DNA of 64,000 nucleotides from Antedon mediterranea (GCF_964355755.1 NC_092678.1:1690422-1754421); one strand, 5' to 3'; shown: positions 1 to 18,477, counted from the stretch's first letter. Numbers and translations: made by a program. Notes: generated from the sequence alone by a model not told the origin.

Positions 1-800
1 TCATCCTCTTATCTCATTCTCTTCCAATCGTTTCTTATTCCATTTACTTGCTATATAACTATGATGAATAATACCAGGGACTCCCTGCTATAAATATTAC
101 CATGATACTACTATCCCAATCCATCTATTCCCATCACAATTCATCCTTTCCATTCTACTCCTCATCAATTATCGATTTTCAATTGTTTTCCTGACATTGA
201 AACGTGCTGAACCAATGAAGCGTGAATGTTATGCGCGCGTTACTTTTGTCAACTTTTCCGATGACTTTAATAATTCGTGTAACATAATGTTCTACATATT
301 ATTAAGGATACTCCATGTTTCATTGTTTCGATGCACAAACAGTTCTAAGGTCAAACTAATTAAGTTATGGTAATAACTATTGTTTTAATTTAATTTATCA
401 ATGTGCCGCAAACGGAGAAACGGCGTGGTATTCAACGATGATCTATAGTCTTCAATTTATTATTAATTATTTTTTGCTAAAAATGTTGTCATTTCATTTC
501 ATTTATTGGTGGGCTTAAAGTCACTCCTTAAAACGATTCTTATTTGGAAGAGACTGAATTAGGAATTAACATCAATACATTATATTAAGTATAGTGTGAG
601 GTTAGTATTATAATATCAGACACAGGCTGTCATGTTCGAAAAGTAACATCACCTTTTGGCGTAATGAAATGTTTATGTAATAATAAAGGCACTAGCGGCC
701 TTCCATGCATTCACTACAGAACGTGTGGTGGCGGCGTGTTTGTCATCTTTTTGAGAGAATAAATATTGTCTTCTTTATTTAGTACTTTAATTCATACAAA

Positions 801-4523
<3,723 letters not shown>

Positions 4524-5160
4524 TAGTTTAGTAATATTTACAGATCAGACAAAATCCCTCTAGATTTGATTTTTTTAAACTGTGATATTCCTGGGGAAAA
4601 AAAATGTTTAGTATTAGAAAATTTAAGCAAACAATAATATGCTTGAAGAGGCACAGGGGTCATTATTTTTATCGTCATTTAATTCTACCAGATACTGATG
4701 TCAGTAAATGTTGATGTGCGTTTTACATAGATATATTAAACTACTACTGTTCCACGCGTTACTACACGTGCGTTGCAGAGTGTGGAGCGTATATATGCTA
4801 GAATTTATTCTTAAGTTGGGCTAATGTAGACACAGAACTCGAGTCAACTGAAAGGAACTAGTTGCACAAAAGTGCGAATGACAACTTTTGAGCACATATG
4901 TTGACTTTTGAGCACTTATGTTAACATCAACAATTTTTTAGCAGATCTACCATCTATACATATAGTTGTTGAATAGTAGTTTGATGGTATCTTTATGGTT
5001 TTTTTTTTATTGAACAATAGATTTGTTATTGCAGCTAGTTTTAATTTAAACATAAAAATAAAAATGTGATTCGTAACATAGACAAAGAATTAGAATTTTT
5101 ATTCGTTTTACCCAGGTCAGACGTGAAGTTACTACACCATCTCCTTTAGGATACCCATTA

Positions 5161-5262
5161 AGGCCAATTTACACAGACAAGCGGAAACGGTAAGCAGAAA
5201 ACCGCATGCTTGTCCCACACAGAATTTGTTTCTATCTTTCTCTCCTCTGTGTAAATTGGCCT
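5161..5262. mobile_element. 102-bp Harbinger-type MITE, second family
   Basis: TTA|AGGCCAATTTACACAGA ... TCTGTGTAAATTGGCCT|TTA, perfect 17-bp TIR. Confidence 0.8.
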
Positions 5263-6043
5263 TTAAGGGGAACTTTTTCATGAAACAAACAAGGGGAAAT
5301 ATATTATAACACCACTATAGCCAACACCTATCCAGGAGACACCCCTATTAAGGGGATGCCTTGTTGTGTCCCGAAGGTGTCCACTTAATAAGGTGTTACA
5401 GTACTTAACAATAAAGTTGTATGTTGCAGAGCGTGTGAGGACCAGGAATCAAACATCTTCAAGGAATTTCAACGACCAACAACTGCGGCAACTGATGTAT
5501 TCAAGACGCAATTATTTTCTAATTTTCATATCCAAGATGTACATTATAAAGAGAAAAGTACGTACTACAAATTTATCTTTAAATATATTTTATTTACATA
5601 ATTTTCATTTTCTGGAAGCCATTATAAAATTTTAAAACTATATTTATTATAAATATATATTTTTCCAATTACACTTCCTTTGTAAGAAATAAACATTACA
5701 TTTTACAGTTACAAATCTCTTACAGCTTTAAGCACCCCATCATGCATAAACTTTAATTTCGGATATACTGTACTATTTTTTTTTTAAATGGAAGAAAATT
5801 GTTGAGCAAAATATCATACTTGGTATTATACTGATCTTATTAATTGAAACAAACTTTTTAGGTTATAGTTTTTTTGTGATGATAAATATGTGCTATAAGA
5901 AAAGTACCATCAGTACTAGACTTTTTAATAACCATTTCAATTAAATTAGTTAGTGATGTCATCAAGATTTCATCATAATGTTATGATTTGGTGTCATACC
6001 GATTCGGAAAGTCCTAAAATATTTCTTGATGAGTTTATCATCG

Positions 6044-9000
6044 TCATCTTCCTTCCAGTGAGTATGATTTCAACTGATCAATAGCGCCCATTTTGACGTA
6101 CCCATTGCTGTCAATAGGCCACGAGTTGAGGTCGTTGTTGTACCCTAGGTTGCTCCGTTTTGACTGGTGTGTTGACGAGAATATACTCTGGGTGTCCTTG
6201 TGTCGTGGCAAGTAGAGCTGTAACTTGTCCAGCATGTGTCCAGGCCAGAAGACGCTGGGGTCGTCGCTTTGGGTCATGCTTATGTATCTCTTAGAAAGAT
6301 GCCTGTGAAGATTTGAAAACAAAAATATATTAGGATTTTAAAACAGATTAAAAGACTAAAAGATGGATTTTTAATTTTGTCTAGTAGTGTTCACACACAA
6401 TAAACTTAAGCATGCATAAAACAAACTTAAGCTGATCTGAGTCGCAATTGATACAAATTCTTGTGTGATCTGATTTCAGTGTCGTTCCTAGATTTGATTT
6501 AACTCCGGTGTACCTCTGCTATAACTTTCAGGTTCCAGAGGTACATCTGACAAAACTTTGACTACAGTATGTTAGTTTTCAGAATGGCAATGTTAGGCAA
6601 GCATTTGAAATACCTTCCAACTGGGGTGTATTTGATATAATTACCTAGTTAGTTCAGTGTATTCCTCAAAGGTCATCCAGCAGTCGACCTTTCTTGACAC
6701 ATATGCTTTCCCACTTGACAGCGTCATCAATCGACCTTCTCTCATGACCTCTTCCCGAAGCGGGTATGCATGTCGTGCCTCTATCAACATCTCGCCGGTA
6801 CTGCTAACATGTATCTTGTCCGGGTCGGTCGTTTTGGTGGAGTGTTTGACAGTTTCTGGTGGATTAGAGAAGTTACTGGACAACAGCTGACCAGGAGAAG
6901 ACTTGAGTTTGATGCTTTTGTGCGGTTGGTCTCCAGGATAAAGTAACGCTGATGTTTTAAAATATAAAATTACTTTAGTACATTTTTTGGAAATGGAACT
7001 AAGTTTATTTTAGGGGTTTGTTTCTTGAAGCAATAATTTTGAAAAACCTTTTTAAAAACTGACCTTGTTGTAACAGTTTTGGCGTAAGGTTCACATCATG
7101 TTTCTTACAGAGTTTAAGAACTTGGTGATACTCCTTCAGCCGGTCTTCTCTGAAGCGATCAATACTCTCCCCCGTTTCGCCTTCCAAAGTTGACTTTCGA
7201 GAGTGCTGGTCAATTGCGAGAATGTTGGTCTTTACCTTGTCAGATCTACTTGAACTCTTTCTTGATTTCTATTTAAAAGAAATTTAGAATAAAATAACAG
7301 AAACGGGATACAAACATTTTTTAAATGGTTTGTAGTTGTACCCTCCCGCTGAAGAAAAATAGTTCCGCTGTTGGCAAGCAGAATCAATTTTGGAGAGCAT
7401 GTAGGGCCACAATGTCAAATAATTACAGTCTTGACCGTACAATAATTAATGTCCAATTAAAAGCTGGCTTGTGGTGTATATATAGATGTGTAGATATACT
7501 CCATATTCAATAACAATTAGCTAACCTTAAAATGTTTTTCACGTTTGCGCTTTTCAATCAAAGTGTCTGGAGCAAGTGTAATCTGTTCTGTGATCTCTGT
7601 AGGAGGAACATCCAGATGAAGGGATCCACAACTACTGGGTGAGGATCCAGAAACAGCAGAGGGGATGCGATCAGTAGGTGGAACCAACGTAAGGGCAGGA
7701 GATGTCGAAAGAGCTTGTTTTGTTTTATGATATCTCATTCCTTTCTGGTGTTCTTTCATTCCACCTGCAAGTTCCTTGTAGTCAATCTCACCACTGTTGT
7801 CTTTGTCAAGGCTTTCAATGAGGTCTTTTAACAGTTGAGGAGCCATCTCAATTTTAGCCTAATGTAAATAAATAATTTTAAACAAATGACCAGACAAATG
7901 AATATTAAGCTCTGTCTGCACTATCAAACTTATGTGATGTGCCCATATATGGACATTATGATGTCATATCACTACCATATTTGGGCACATCACACTTTTT
8001 TCATCAAACTAGTTTGATAGTGTACACAGAGCTTTACTGTATATGACAAAGTATGATCCGATGCTTGAGTATAATCCCCCCCGGCTAATTTTAGTACCCA
8101 GACCACCTGAAACTATCCTCAGTCATTTAATAGTAATACATTTGAAAACCAATCAATGAAATTAATACATTTTTCGTCCTAACCTCTTTTAAGCATTTTC
8201 TAAATTCATCGTTACTAATTGTCCAGTTTTTATCCTTGTCTGCTCGACTGAAAAGGTCAATGACACGCTGTCGCTTTCGTGAAAGATATTTCGACAAAAT
8301 CTCCATTGCTTCTGGTAGAGGGCGCTTTATCTTTGGAAAAATTTCTTCCTCGGAACTAGATGACTCTTCAACAGTTTTCTAAAGTAAAAATACATATTAT
8401 TAGTGTTTATTATTATTTAATGAAATCCTAATATAGTAGTGATAGTCATAGTGATGGAGTAAGAGCAGTTTTCTGTTTGGGCTCATGCCTATTACTTGCT
8501 CCTGGCAAGATGAATTGTAAAATGTACTTTATACAATAAAATAATAAATAATAATAAAGAATAAATATTATTATTATTATAACAGTGAATGTAACATAAC
8601 CATTTGTTTTATATTAGTGAACACTATGAAACCCAATAATGTTAATTTTCAATATTATACCATATTTTATAAGTTATACCATTTTGCACACCAGGTTCTG
8701 TGTAATATCAAAAGGCTGTTTTGGTTTAGCTTTTTGCCTATATTATTTTTATCTCCATTAATACACGCAATCAGCTGTCATTTTTTCAGTAATTTGCCTA
8801 TTGATATTATAGAAAGTTGTTATGCAACCAATGTAATACTGATAGTTATAAATTCTAAACCATGCACTACAGGAGACTAATGGTAATAGCTCTAATTTGG
8901 CATAATGAGAAGGATGCTATCAGAGCTGAGACATTTACCAGGGTGGATGAGGCGTGCATGCTGGATTTGATTAGCACCTTTCTTTATCACCGTAACCAAA

Positions 9001-10315
9001 GCACAAATATATCTTGAACAGAAAGTGAGAACTGCTCAGTAATACAATAATTGAAATGCTAAAATAACTATACTACTGCAATAAGAATGTGGAAATTGAA
9101 AAAAACTGGGACTTGAATTTTCTGTTAATATACGACGATGCCCTGTATTATACAATTTGGAAATCAATAGGTTATATGTAATGAAAAGAGATAACCTAAC
9201 ATGATTAAGAAATATATTATAATATTAACAAGTTATGCTACATCCCTCCAGCTATATTAAACATGTACATGCATGCAACCCAACAATATTTAAATAGCTA
9301 GACAATTATGATTGGTATTTGTGCAGAATCTAATATGAATTGCTAATATCTATTGTTGTTTCCGGTAAAGTCTATAACTACTTTGTTCTCAATACCTCAT
9401 CCTGTTTAGTGTAAAAACACACCGGTGTTTGCTGTTTGAAAAAAGAAAGAATGATTATTTTAAAGTACTTAAATGATGATTTTAGGAAGTAGTAGTATAA
9501 TCCACAGTTTTATTATGTTAATTATTTCTTTTAGCAGTTATTCTGTAGATGGTAACTGTGGCTGGTTAATTGACAATTTTCATTGCAATTTAACCTGTAA
9601 TAATCAATCTCTTTGTAACAAAGTGTTTTTTTGCAATATTTATTAAATGGACACATTTGACACCATTAACAAACTGTTCTTAATAGGGTGTCCCCATAGT
9701 GTTAAGTCTTATATTTCCCTTCATTCATTTACGGGGAAGTGTGTTAATAGCGGTGTTGCAAAAGATGGTTTCTAATAAATGTAATATCATCCAAACTCAA
9801 ACATTTTATACCTTTATAGTGTTCATTGTAGCAAGCCTAGCATCTCTCATCTGATTGTAGACCCTTTGTTCTAATGGTGTCTTCTCCTTCGTCATCAGCC
9901 ATTTTTCATCCAGGCCCATTTGGTCTAGCGACTCTCTCAATTGCTTTCTATCACCCAACCACTTGTGAAATATTTCAGTGCGCTCTTTGAGTTCGTTTTG
10001 ATGTTTTTCTGCCTTCTCTATCTCACTCAAAGCTCTGTCTACTAGTTGCATGTTCTTTGGTTCCCTTACTAGAGGTTTCAGATACTTTGCAGACTGTCTA
10101 CCCATCATTTCTCTCCCCGACACTTCGTTCATAGGGGGTGCGATGATCACCCTCCGTCTTGACCTTGGTTGACCCCATATCCGTAACACAGTTCCATAAT
10201 TCTTTGTCTTGCTTAGATCTCTCTGTTTGTAAAACTGCAGCTGTTCCTCAATTGGGAGGTACTCTGAATTGTCAGGGTTGAACAACCTTTTAAGACAAAA
10301 GTCTGACAGCTCCAT
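6044..10315 (-). CDS. EFCAB12: EF-hand calcium-binding domain protein, EFCAB12-like (about 611 aa)
   Basis: Minus-strand exons 10315-9812, 9431-9396, 8378-8184, 7858-7526, 7268-7064, 6948-6645, 6302-6044 join into one 1836-nt ORF with canonical sites. Two EF-hand loops (DKDKNWTISNDE, DKDNSGEIDYKE). Motifs ALLYPGD and FWPGHMLDKLQLYLP resemble EFCAB12 from memory, so the orthology call is less certain than the gene model. Confidence 0.75.
7908..8033. mobile_element. Harbinger-type MITE (family with about 8 copies in the window)
   Basis: TTA|AGCTCTGTCTGCACTATCAAACT...AGTTTGATAGTGTACACAGAGCT|TTA. Related copies or fragments near 2993-3161, 4092-4217, 35328-35401, 37855-38006, 50940-51078, 58500-58627 and 61777-61828. 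Confidence 0.85.
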
Positions 10316-10859
10316 TCTTCTGCTTTTACCAAAGTCTTGTACTGTACTTCAGTTAGCATGCATTTTGATTTTTCTCCCTCTTATCTGTCCAGAAAATAAA
10401 AATATATGAGGTGATCATCAAACATACATGTAACATATTAACAAATGAATATGGCATTCAATATTAATTACTGTAAAAATAACCAAGATTATTTATTAAA
10501 ATCATAATATATAACCCTGATTTAGATTAGATTGTGGACTATCACACTGTTAATAAACAGGGCGAAACGACTCAATGATTAAGACCATATTATATGCTTA
10601 ATAATAATATGCTGTGTAGTGTTATGTGCGGCGGGTGAGATCTCTAGCTAGTTAGGGCCAGGCTAGCCTCTAGTAGGCCTACTACTAGAAGAGAGACTTG
10701 CCACCTTGAATCCTACATACCATATATTCAGTACGGTAACAATAGATTAAAAATATTGTTTGTTAATTACAAATCCTATCTACAATTATAAATAACCCAT
10801 TAACGCATACAGTCACAACATTTAGCTGTCAAAAGAAACATGAATTTAGCCTTTTAAAC

Positions 10860-11060
10860 ATGTCTATCACACTCGGTCGGTGGTTCCTTGTTTACATTTT
10901 GAGATAAAAGCGTGTTGTTGCCTCTGGTTACATTCTATAGAGGGCAGCAAGCAAAACACACCCTCACACAGTACACACACTCTATTTTTATTTTTAATTT
11001 AAAGTCCCACAATGCTTCATGCGCCATTTTACACTAATGTTTTGATCGGTCTTCGGAGTT
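10860..11060. promoter_or_regulatory. Probable bidirectional promoter between the EF-hand gene and OTUD5
   Basis: Head-to-head ATGs about 850 bp apart. Motif matches: Forkhead TGTTTAC 10889-10895, RFX X-box-like GTTGCCTCTGGTTAC 10917-10931, CTCF-like TCTATAGAGGGCAGC near 10934-10948, ZNF143/Staf-like GTCCCACAATGCTTC 11004-11018, YY1-like GCGCCATTTT 11021-11030. Confidence 0.6.
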
Positions 11061-11164
11061 TGCTTACATTGGTGTAAGTTTGTGCCACTAATTTGGCATT
11101 TTCTGAGCAGTTTTAATCACCTAAATGTATATGGTATTGTAGTTTGTAACATAGTTGACCAACC

Positions 11165-14100
11165 ATGACGATTTTACCGAAGAAAAATTCTTCGAAAGAT
11201 AAAAAAGACTCGAAACAAGGAGAAGGCCATCACTCCCACTCGCAACTCCATAATCCGAGTGGAGAACATAGGTCAAGTACAGGAGCTCGACCGAAATGTA
11301 GGAATTCGCCTCCTAGATGGCTTTCCGGGAGTTCTAGAGAAGAACGGCACTCATTAAATGAAAGTAGATTAGCATTTAGAGAAAATTATGAAAGCTATGA
11401 ACGGACAAATCGGCCACAAAGTGCAAAAAGGGCACGTCATAGATCCTCCCCTCATCGAGAACATGTGGGAGGGGCAAGGACAAGTGCTGCCCATACAAGC
11501 AGCAGATTGGAAAGTGAAAATGAACAACAACAAAGAGAAGCTGAATCAAGTTTAGGTTATGAAGAAAGAAATAGTGAAGATGAATATGATCTCTCATCTT
11601 GTTCAGACCAAGAGTTTGAAGAGGTATAAATTACGCAAACATTGAAAAAAACAATTTAATTTGGGCCTTTGAAATACGAAATTATGAAAATGATACTGTA
11701 TAAGATAGGACTATTCCGTATTACATATTAGGCCTATATATTATATAAGCTAATAGAGTAATTGTACTGTTTTGCATTTAAGAAGCTGAAGTACTGTAGT
11801 TACTAGAAGTAGAGGTTAAGCTCGTCCATTATTATTAGTCATCACGGTAGGCCTAGATATGAGTGACCAACATAAAAGATAATTTCAAAGTGGCAATAAG
11901 TCACGTATTAAGTGCAAATAGTGTAGTGGAAGGAAGGGTATTAGTAGTTTTTAACGAAAAAGTGGACAAATGCCTAATTTTGTTAGTTTACGTTGAGTCT
12001 AATAAAGTAGTTTCATTACATTGTCTCACTATAAACTACTTACTAGGATTTACCATACAGGTAATATATGTCCAGATAAAAGTTAAGAAAAACCAAGTAT
12101 CTCTAATTTATGGCATAGTGCCAGCTAATTACCAACAGTTATTTAATTGTTTTTATTGTTCTAAACTTAGTTGGAAGCCCGGTACGAAAAGTTAGTGAAG
12201 CAGAGACGAGGACTGATAATTAAGAAGATGGTCCCAGACGGTGGTTGTCTCTTCAGGGTTGTAGGTGTGTAAATTAATTTGTTATCATGGTATAATTCAT
12301 ACTGTACAACCATAGTATTTTGTGTGAGATTCCATTTTTTGTTATCGATCTAAACAGTATGTTATTGTGGGATTACGATGTGAAATAACTGTTGTCTAAA
12401 AAAATAATTTTAATTAATATAAATGTTATGTTTGCATGAGCCTACTGTCTACACAAATGTGCTTAATAGTTAATTTTACCAATTTCTCTAAATTAACTTT
12501 TTGTAGAATTAACTAATTTAAAAAAGATTCTTTCTTTTAACCATTAAAAACACATTAAAAAAAACACACACTATGGCATTCCAAGGGTGTCCACGATACT
12601 TTATATTATTATTATTCTTTTTCATTAGCATTTAGCAATAATGATATTATAATTTCTTTACAGCTGATCAGGTTTACGGTGATCAGGAGTGGCACTCAAT
12701 AGTCAGACAGCATTGTATGGATTATATGGTACGTTCCATTATATACTTAATTTACAATATGTTTGCACAAAGTCTCTTATAACGGTGCTTAGACTAGCCA
12801 TGAAGAATATGCTTCTTTAATCACATGCTATCTAAATATTACGTTTTGTAATACAATGCTGTATTATACTGTACTGGCGATATTCAGAGTTTGTTGTTAG
12901 TAACTATAAATTTATTATCTATAGTTTATTTAATTTGTTGTGGATGTTATTGATTGATGTAATTGATTCACAGTTTTTATATGTATTTTTACATTTAAGA
13001 ATTATGAATTTGATATAGATTTAATTTTCTTTTTTAAATAATTCTACTGTATGGGCAACTTGATGTTATATCCACTATACTGTAAGACAGTATAGTCCCA
13101 GTGAGCCAGGGGTATGAAATATGGGGAACATTAAGGGGTTGGATTATATCATTTTATTAAAGTCTTCTGTCTAAATTTAGCCTATATTAGGGTGTAGGAT
13201 TATACTTGGCTATGGGATTACTATAGTATAATATAATATTACATTACTAAAAATTTGTTTTTTTATATTTAAGAAAAAAGAGTGCAATTTTAACTTTTTA
13301 ATTTATTTTGAATTGATCACTTTATTTCTGAATAAATATTCCATATACAACAAATACAAAATGGAAAATCACACTAAAATAGGATTTTTTCACATCTTAC
13401 ATTAAATGTCAGGACAATTATAACAAATGTTTAAGAAAAGTTTAATTTTGGAAAGAAATGGGAAAAACTACCTTTTTCTTCGGGCCTCTAATTTGATCTA
13501 AAATGGTGTTTATTGTAACAAAATGTATTCATGTACATCATTGCATTTAAGAGGTAAATGAAGTTGAAACAATATAATGGTAATTTTATGCAAATTGATC
13601 GTTCTGTTTTCTCTCTCGGTTAAAAAAAAGCCTATTTATACATTTCTCACATTTCCTTTCTCATCACCATTTATCTTGTTTTCTTTTCTCTTGCAGATGA
13701 AAAATGCAGATTATTTCTCGCAGTTTGTCACTGAAGATTTTACAACTTACATCAATAGGAAACGACTAAACGATTGCCATGGAAACCACGTTGAAATGCA
13801 AGCTATGTCGGAAATGTACAATAGAAATATAGAGGTGTTTGTGTACAGTCTAGGTAAGTTACATTGTCATGAAATATAGAGGTGTTTGTGTACAGTCTAG
13901 GTAAGTTACATTGTCATGAAATATAGAGGTGTTTGTGTAAAGTCTAGGTAAGTTACATTGTCATGAAATATAGAGGTGTTTGTATACAGTCTAGGTAAGT
14001 TAAATTTTCATGAAATATCCATTAAAGAAATGTTTATTGTACTTTTTTTTTATGACACAAGAACAAGAGCTTTTAAAACTAAAGGTTATTTTATATTTTT

Positions 14101-16286
14101 ATTCAACAGAACCAATTAATACTTTTCATGGTATCAACGTGACAGGCAATGCACCAATACGAGTTAGTTACCACCGTAATATACATTATAACTCTATGGT
14201 TGATCCGTACAAAGCTACCATAGGAGTAGGGCTTGGTTTACCATCATTCAAACCAGGGGTGAGTTAGTAAAATATTTGGTTTTTCACTATACATAAATAT
14301 AGCATAATATTAATTATTTCTTGTCGCCAGACAGTTGGGTCTTAACAACTAGACCATAGACTCTCTTTATAGTAGTGAATATAAGGTCAACTGGTAAAAA
14401 TTCAACCATGTCAAATTATTCTCTGCAGTAACTATGTTGTTTACAGTACACTTTACCTGAAATAAAATTATTTATCAAGCTTTTTTTTGTGTAGCAATAC
14501 TGTTTATTGCAGTTACTGTACTCCCTCTTTACTTTAAATTGTAACATAAGCTAGAATCATATTATTGCAGTACAGAAAGTGTAGTAACTGCAGTAGAACA
14601 TTTTTCAGATAATTTCTTACTATTTATTTACTAAATTTAATTGTGTTTGATAAGTGAAGGCCTACAATATACATAATAGTCTAAGATAGTATTGCAATAA
14701 TAATTAATATTTATATAGTTGGCTGATCGCAACCAGATGAAGGATGCCATGAAGATGTCTGAAACCACTGCCATTGAGCAGACAATGTTGGAGGATAAGG
14801 TGGCAGCCACAGATTGGGAGGCAACATCAGAAGCCATCGAAGAACAAGTTGCGAGAGAAAGTTATCTGCAATGGCTCAAGGACAATGAGAAAAGAGCCAC
14901 AAAGAACACAGTATGTTAATTATTTACCAATATCGTAATTAATAGTGACCTTTCTTTAAATACCTATTGCTACTCAACTATCTATCTGTTGAGTTGAAAA
15001 GTCATTCTGTACATGTTCGAAACCATATAAGCATGCGCTGTTAAACTCAATAGCTGTAGTCACTAATAATGCATCAACAATTTGCACAACTACACAAACT
15101 CCACTATTGGCATTGCACTCGTGTGAGTAGCCATGAATGTGAACAGAACAAATGGAAATTGTTATAAATAAAATATAAATTAGGTATTATATTAAACATG
15201 CTGCATTAAAGAATGTCTTTAATAAGTTCTTTGTTAAGTCATTGATTAATTTAGAACATCCATATACTACTACTTCAGAGTGTTTATAAGAACGGAGTGA
15301 TTACGATCTTTCTCCATTTTTCGAACCTCCAATAAATTATTCATTTTTCACTGCCAGAAAGACGAAACACTTCCTGACAATCTTAACAGCAAGCAAACAA
15401 ATGAATATGTTCTGTTTTCTTTTTTTCTCTCTAGTCCAGCACTGCCAGTGCCACCTGCAGTTCAGCACCTGTTGATCCTCCCCATAGAAGGGAGAAGCTG
15501 GAAGAGGGTCACCACAGAGGTGGACTGTCTCCAAGGCATAGATCTGGGACGTCTTCAGATCCAAGCTGCTCTACTAGTTACCATGAACAGACAAAACATA
15601 GTGGTACACCACCTAGGAGCCCCCTGGCTAGCACAAGTGGTGCTGTTGCAATACAAGGTAACCCTACGGTTTATCACTTGGCAAAATAGAATGTTGACAA
15701 GCATAGTACTTGCTTTGTTTGTTAGCACGATAGCGCCTACAATTTTCAAGTTATCATTCTGAATTTTTCATACATATGTATGCATATTGAAACTTTTTCA
15801 CTTTATTAAAATATTAATTTTGTAATAGATTGTGCCAGCAGCAGTAGTGAGACAGCACTGTCTCCTCTAGCCTGTGCTAGGCTAACGGCTCCTAGTACAA
15901 GTCAGGGTACACGTACATCTGCCAATCAAATGCAAGGTATAGCTGCTGGAGCCTATAGTAAGTCTTCCTTTTATATATACTCTAAATCACTGAAACTAAA
16001 CTTGATTCTGTGTTCATCAGAGCATGACATTTTTGAATTGTAACATAGTACTTAAGATTAATATTTTAGTATTCTTGACATCAATAATAATACTAAAACT
16101 TGGTTCCCACTAAGCTTTAACATAATATTTGTAGTATCTCAGCCGTATACAGTTTTATTGATTTTTCTTACATTATTTTTTACAGGTTATTTAGAATGGG
16201 ATACGGAAGATGCTATTGTGGCGTCAATCCTAGCACAATCTCAACAAGAATATTTCGACAGTTTGAAACGAACGGGCCCTAGCTAA
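11165..16286 (+). CDS. OTUD5: OTU domain deubiquitinase 5 (DUBA), 9 coding exons, about 522 aa
   Basis: Exons 11165-11623, 12171-12264, 12664-12728, 13697-13853, 14110-14258, 14719-14910, 15435-15657, 15829-15957, 16186-16286 total 1569 nt in frame. N-terminus MTILPKK, activating-phosphosite motif NSEDEY, catalytic DGGCLFR and [10 protein letters not shown], and C-terminal UIM ([19 protein letters not shown]) all match OTUD5. Confidence 0.96.
13824..14018 (+). repeat. 47-bp tandem repeat x4 spanning the OTUD5 exon 4 / intron 4 junction
   Basis: Unit GAAATATAGAGGTGTTTGTGTACAGTCTAGGTAAGTTACATTGTCAT starts at 13824, 13871, 13918 and 13965, with few mismatches. Confidence 0.95.
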
Positions 16287-18477
16287 TATCATGTGACTAA
16301 TAGAAACAATTATTATTGGTCATAATTTCACCATTTTCTTAAACAAAATGCATTGTGGGTTTAAAGCATCATTCACATTTGTTCAATCTGATCAACTTTT
16401 CTGGTAATTTACAAATTGCATTAATTGCGGTGCCGAAAATAATGGTCAAAGTAACTATTGAGGTCATCCCATTTGCTCCATTACCTAGAAAGTTAAACTG
16501 ACCTATCCTGTTCGCATTTGGCTTTCCATCTTTGTTGAACTATGTCCGTCATTCTTCCTGACCAAATTTTACTCGGTAAATTGTGTAGCTCTAGTAAGAA
16601 AGGAAGTGGAAAAGGGGATTTCTCAATGGATTTTTTTGGTTGAATAGTCTAGAAGAATGAGTCCTTAGAATTCGATGAAATTGAGAATTGTTTTCTTTTA
16701 CATATAAAAAAAATTGAATCATGGTTTGGGTTAGATAGTTTTCCAAAAACGTTTTTGAATTTATTTATTTAGTGGTTTTGGTGATTAAAATATACATTAT
16801 AACCCACAATATACATTATAACCCACAATACACACTATTTGAAATTAATGGTGGAATTATGTGTAATAGTAATTGGAAAATTTCAATAAATTTAAAACCA
16901 TGGTGGAGATAAAATACACACAAAAAAAATTAGAACAATGAAAAAAATAAGAAATAAATAATTATCAATTTTGAAAGCATTTTATTAATTTAATTTATAT
17001 TTCTTTTAATATTGCGGTAATATATATAAATATATATATTCAGTATTAGGTATAGATTGATGTTTCTATTTCAATTGCGGTTATTCTGTAGGCACATATT
17101 TGTAAAAAAAAAGTTTTTTTCTCAGCTGGTAAGTACAGTGCCTTGCTCAAATTAATATTATATTGTTAGAAGCTTTTAAGTTGCATCTATATCATGTGTA
17201 TTTAACCAATCTGTAATTTATCTTCGGCAGATTCTGTAACACATGTAACACACAGTGTCACATGTGGTACATATGTGACGCTGTATTACAGAATTTGCTT
17301 CGACAGGTATTGCCTGATGTGGAAATACAGTACACAGAATTGAGTGCTGTATTAACCAAATATTTTAGGCGAAATAAAATCAACTATTATATCTTATTAT
17401 TTATAGATTTTTGTTTATTAAACAATATGGAAATAATGTCACAATTTTTCGACATTCTTCAATATGAGGGCGCGTCATCATTTTGGGAAACGGACGCTCG
17501 CACTTGCCATTTTTTCCAAACATCCTTTTAGTTGATTGCTTACCTATATTTGCTTGAATGTATTTACTAATGATTGTTGTAATTATTTTGGAAATTTTTT
17601 TATTATTACTATTAAAGTAACTTATAACATGGAAAAACTGTTTATGTCACGAAACACTAATAGATTTCAGTTACAGACAACTATCGTCAACACATCCACA
17701 CGTCGGTAATTTTGTACAACAATGAGTAAATCAGTTTTTACATTCTGTGATGGCTTATATCGCGTTTACGTCAAGTCAATTTTCGGAATTTCAAATGCAT
17801 CAATTTGTTGCGTTTGTCATTTTCAAATTTTGTTATTCCATCATCTCCACATCATCCAGAATAATGTCTCGTCTTGTATCATGCAATTTAATTATGCATA
17901 AAATTGCTTAAAACTTCTATGTGAACGTTAAACAAATAGGTTTTATTAAGCAAATAATTAAGAACTTCTGAATAGTTTATTAATTGAAATAAACAAAATG
18001 TATACTTAAAGCAATTACTGCAGGTTTTCTTACCATTACTGCATGTTTTCTTTTTATTTGTTACATATTCTATAAGAAATATACAACACACTGAATAATG
18101 TTGATGTGTGCAATTTGTGCTCCTCTGGTCGTCGTCTAAATGCTATACCACTAGATACGAACATAAATACGTAATTCATAAACATTATATGAAATTTGAA
18201 TTTCGATTTACTGTAAAAGGCTGAATTTTTTATCAGTCAAATAGAAACATGTATTTACTACTGTGCAGTAGCTGTTTTTACATAATATAATATAAACAGT
18301 ATTTTTTGCATTGCGCTCAGACCTTGTCTGGACAGAGAAGCATCACACTTCTTGTTGGCCTGGCAACAAGATAATGTAAGTTACAATTTTCATTTCTTTA
18401 TGATACATAAATAAAGTGAAGTATAATTGATTATAAACAATACAGATGTATTATTGTAATATGCAGTTATTGTACCA

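Noticed and set aside
13824-14018. CRISPR-like array (also considered for 61001-61269 and 47731-48255)
   Set aside because: Head-to-tail units with no unique spacers, eukaryotic context, no cas genes.
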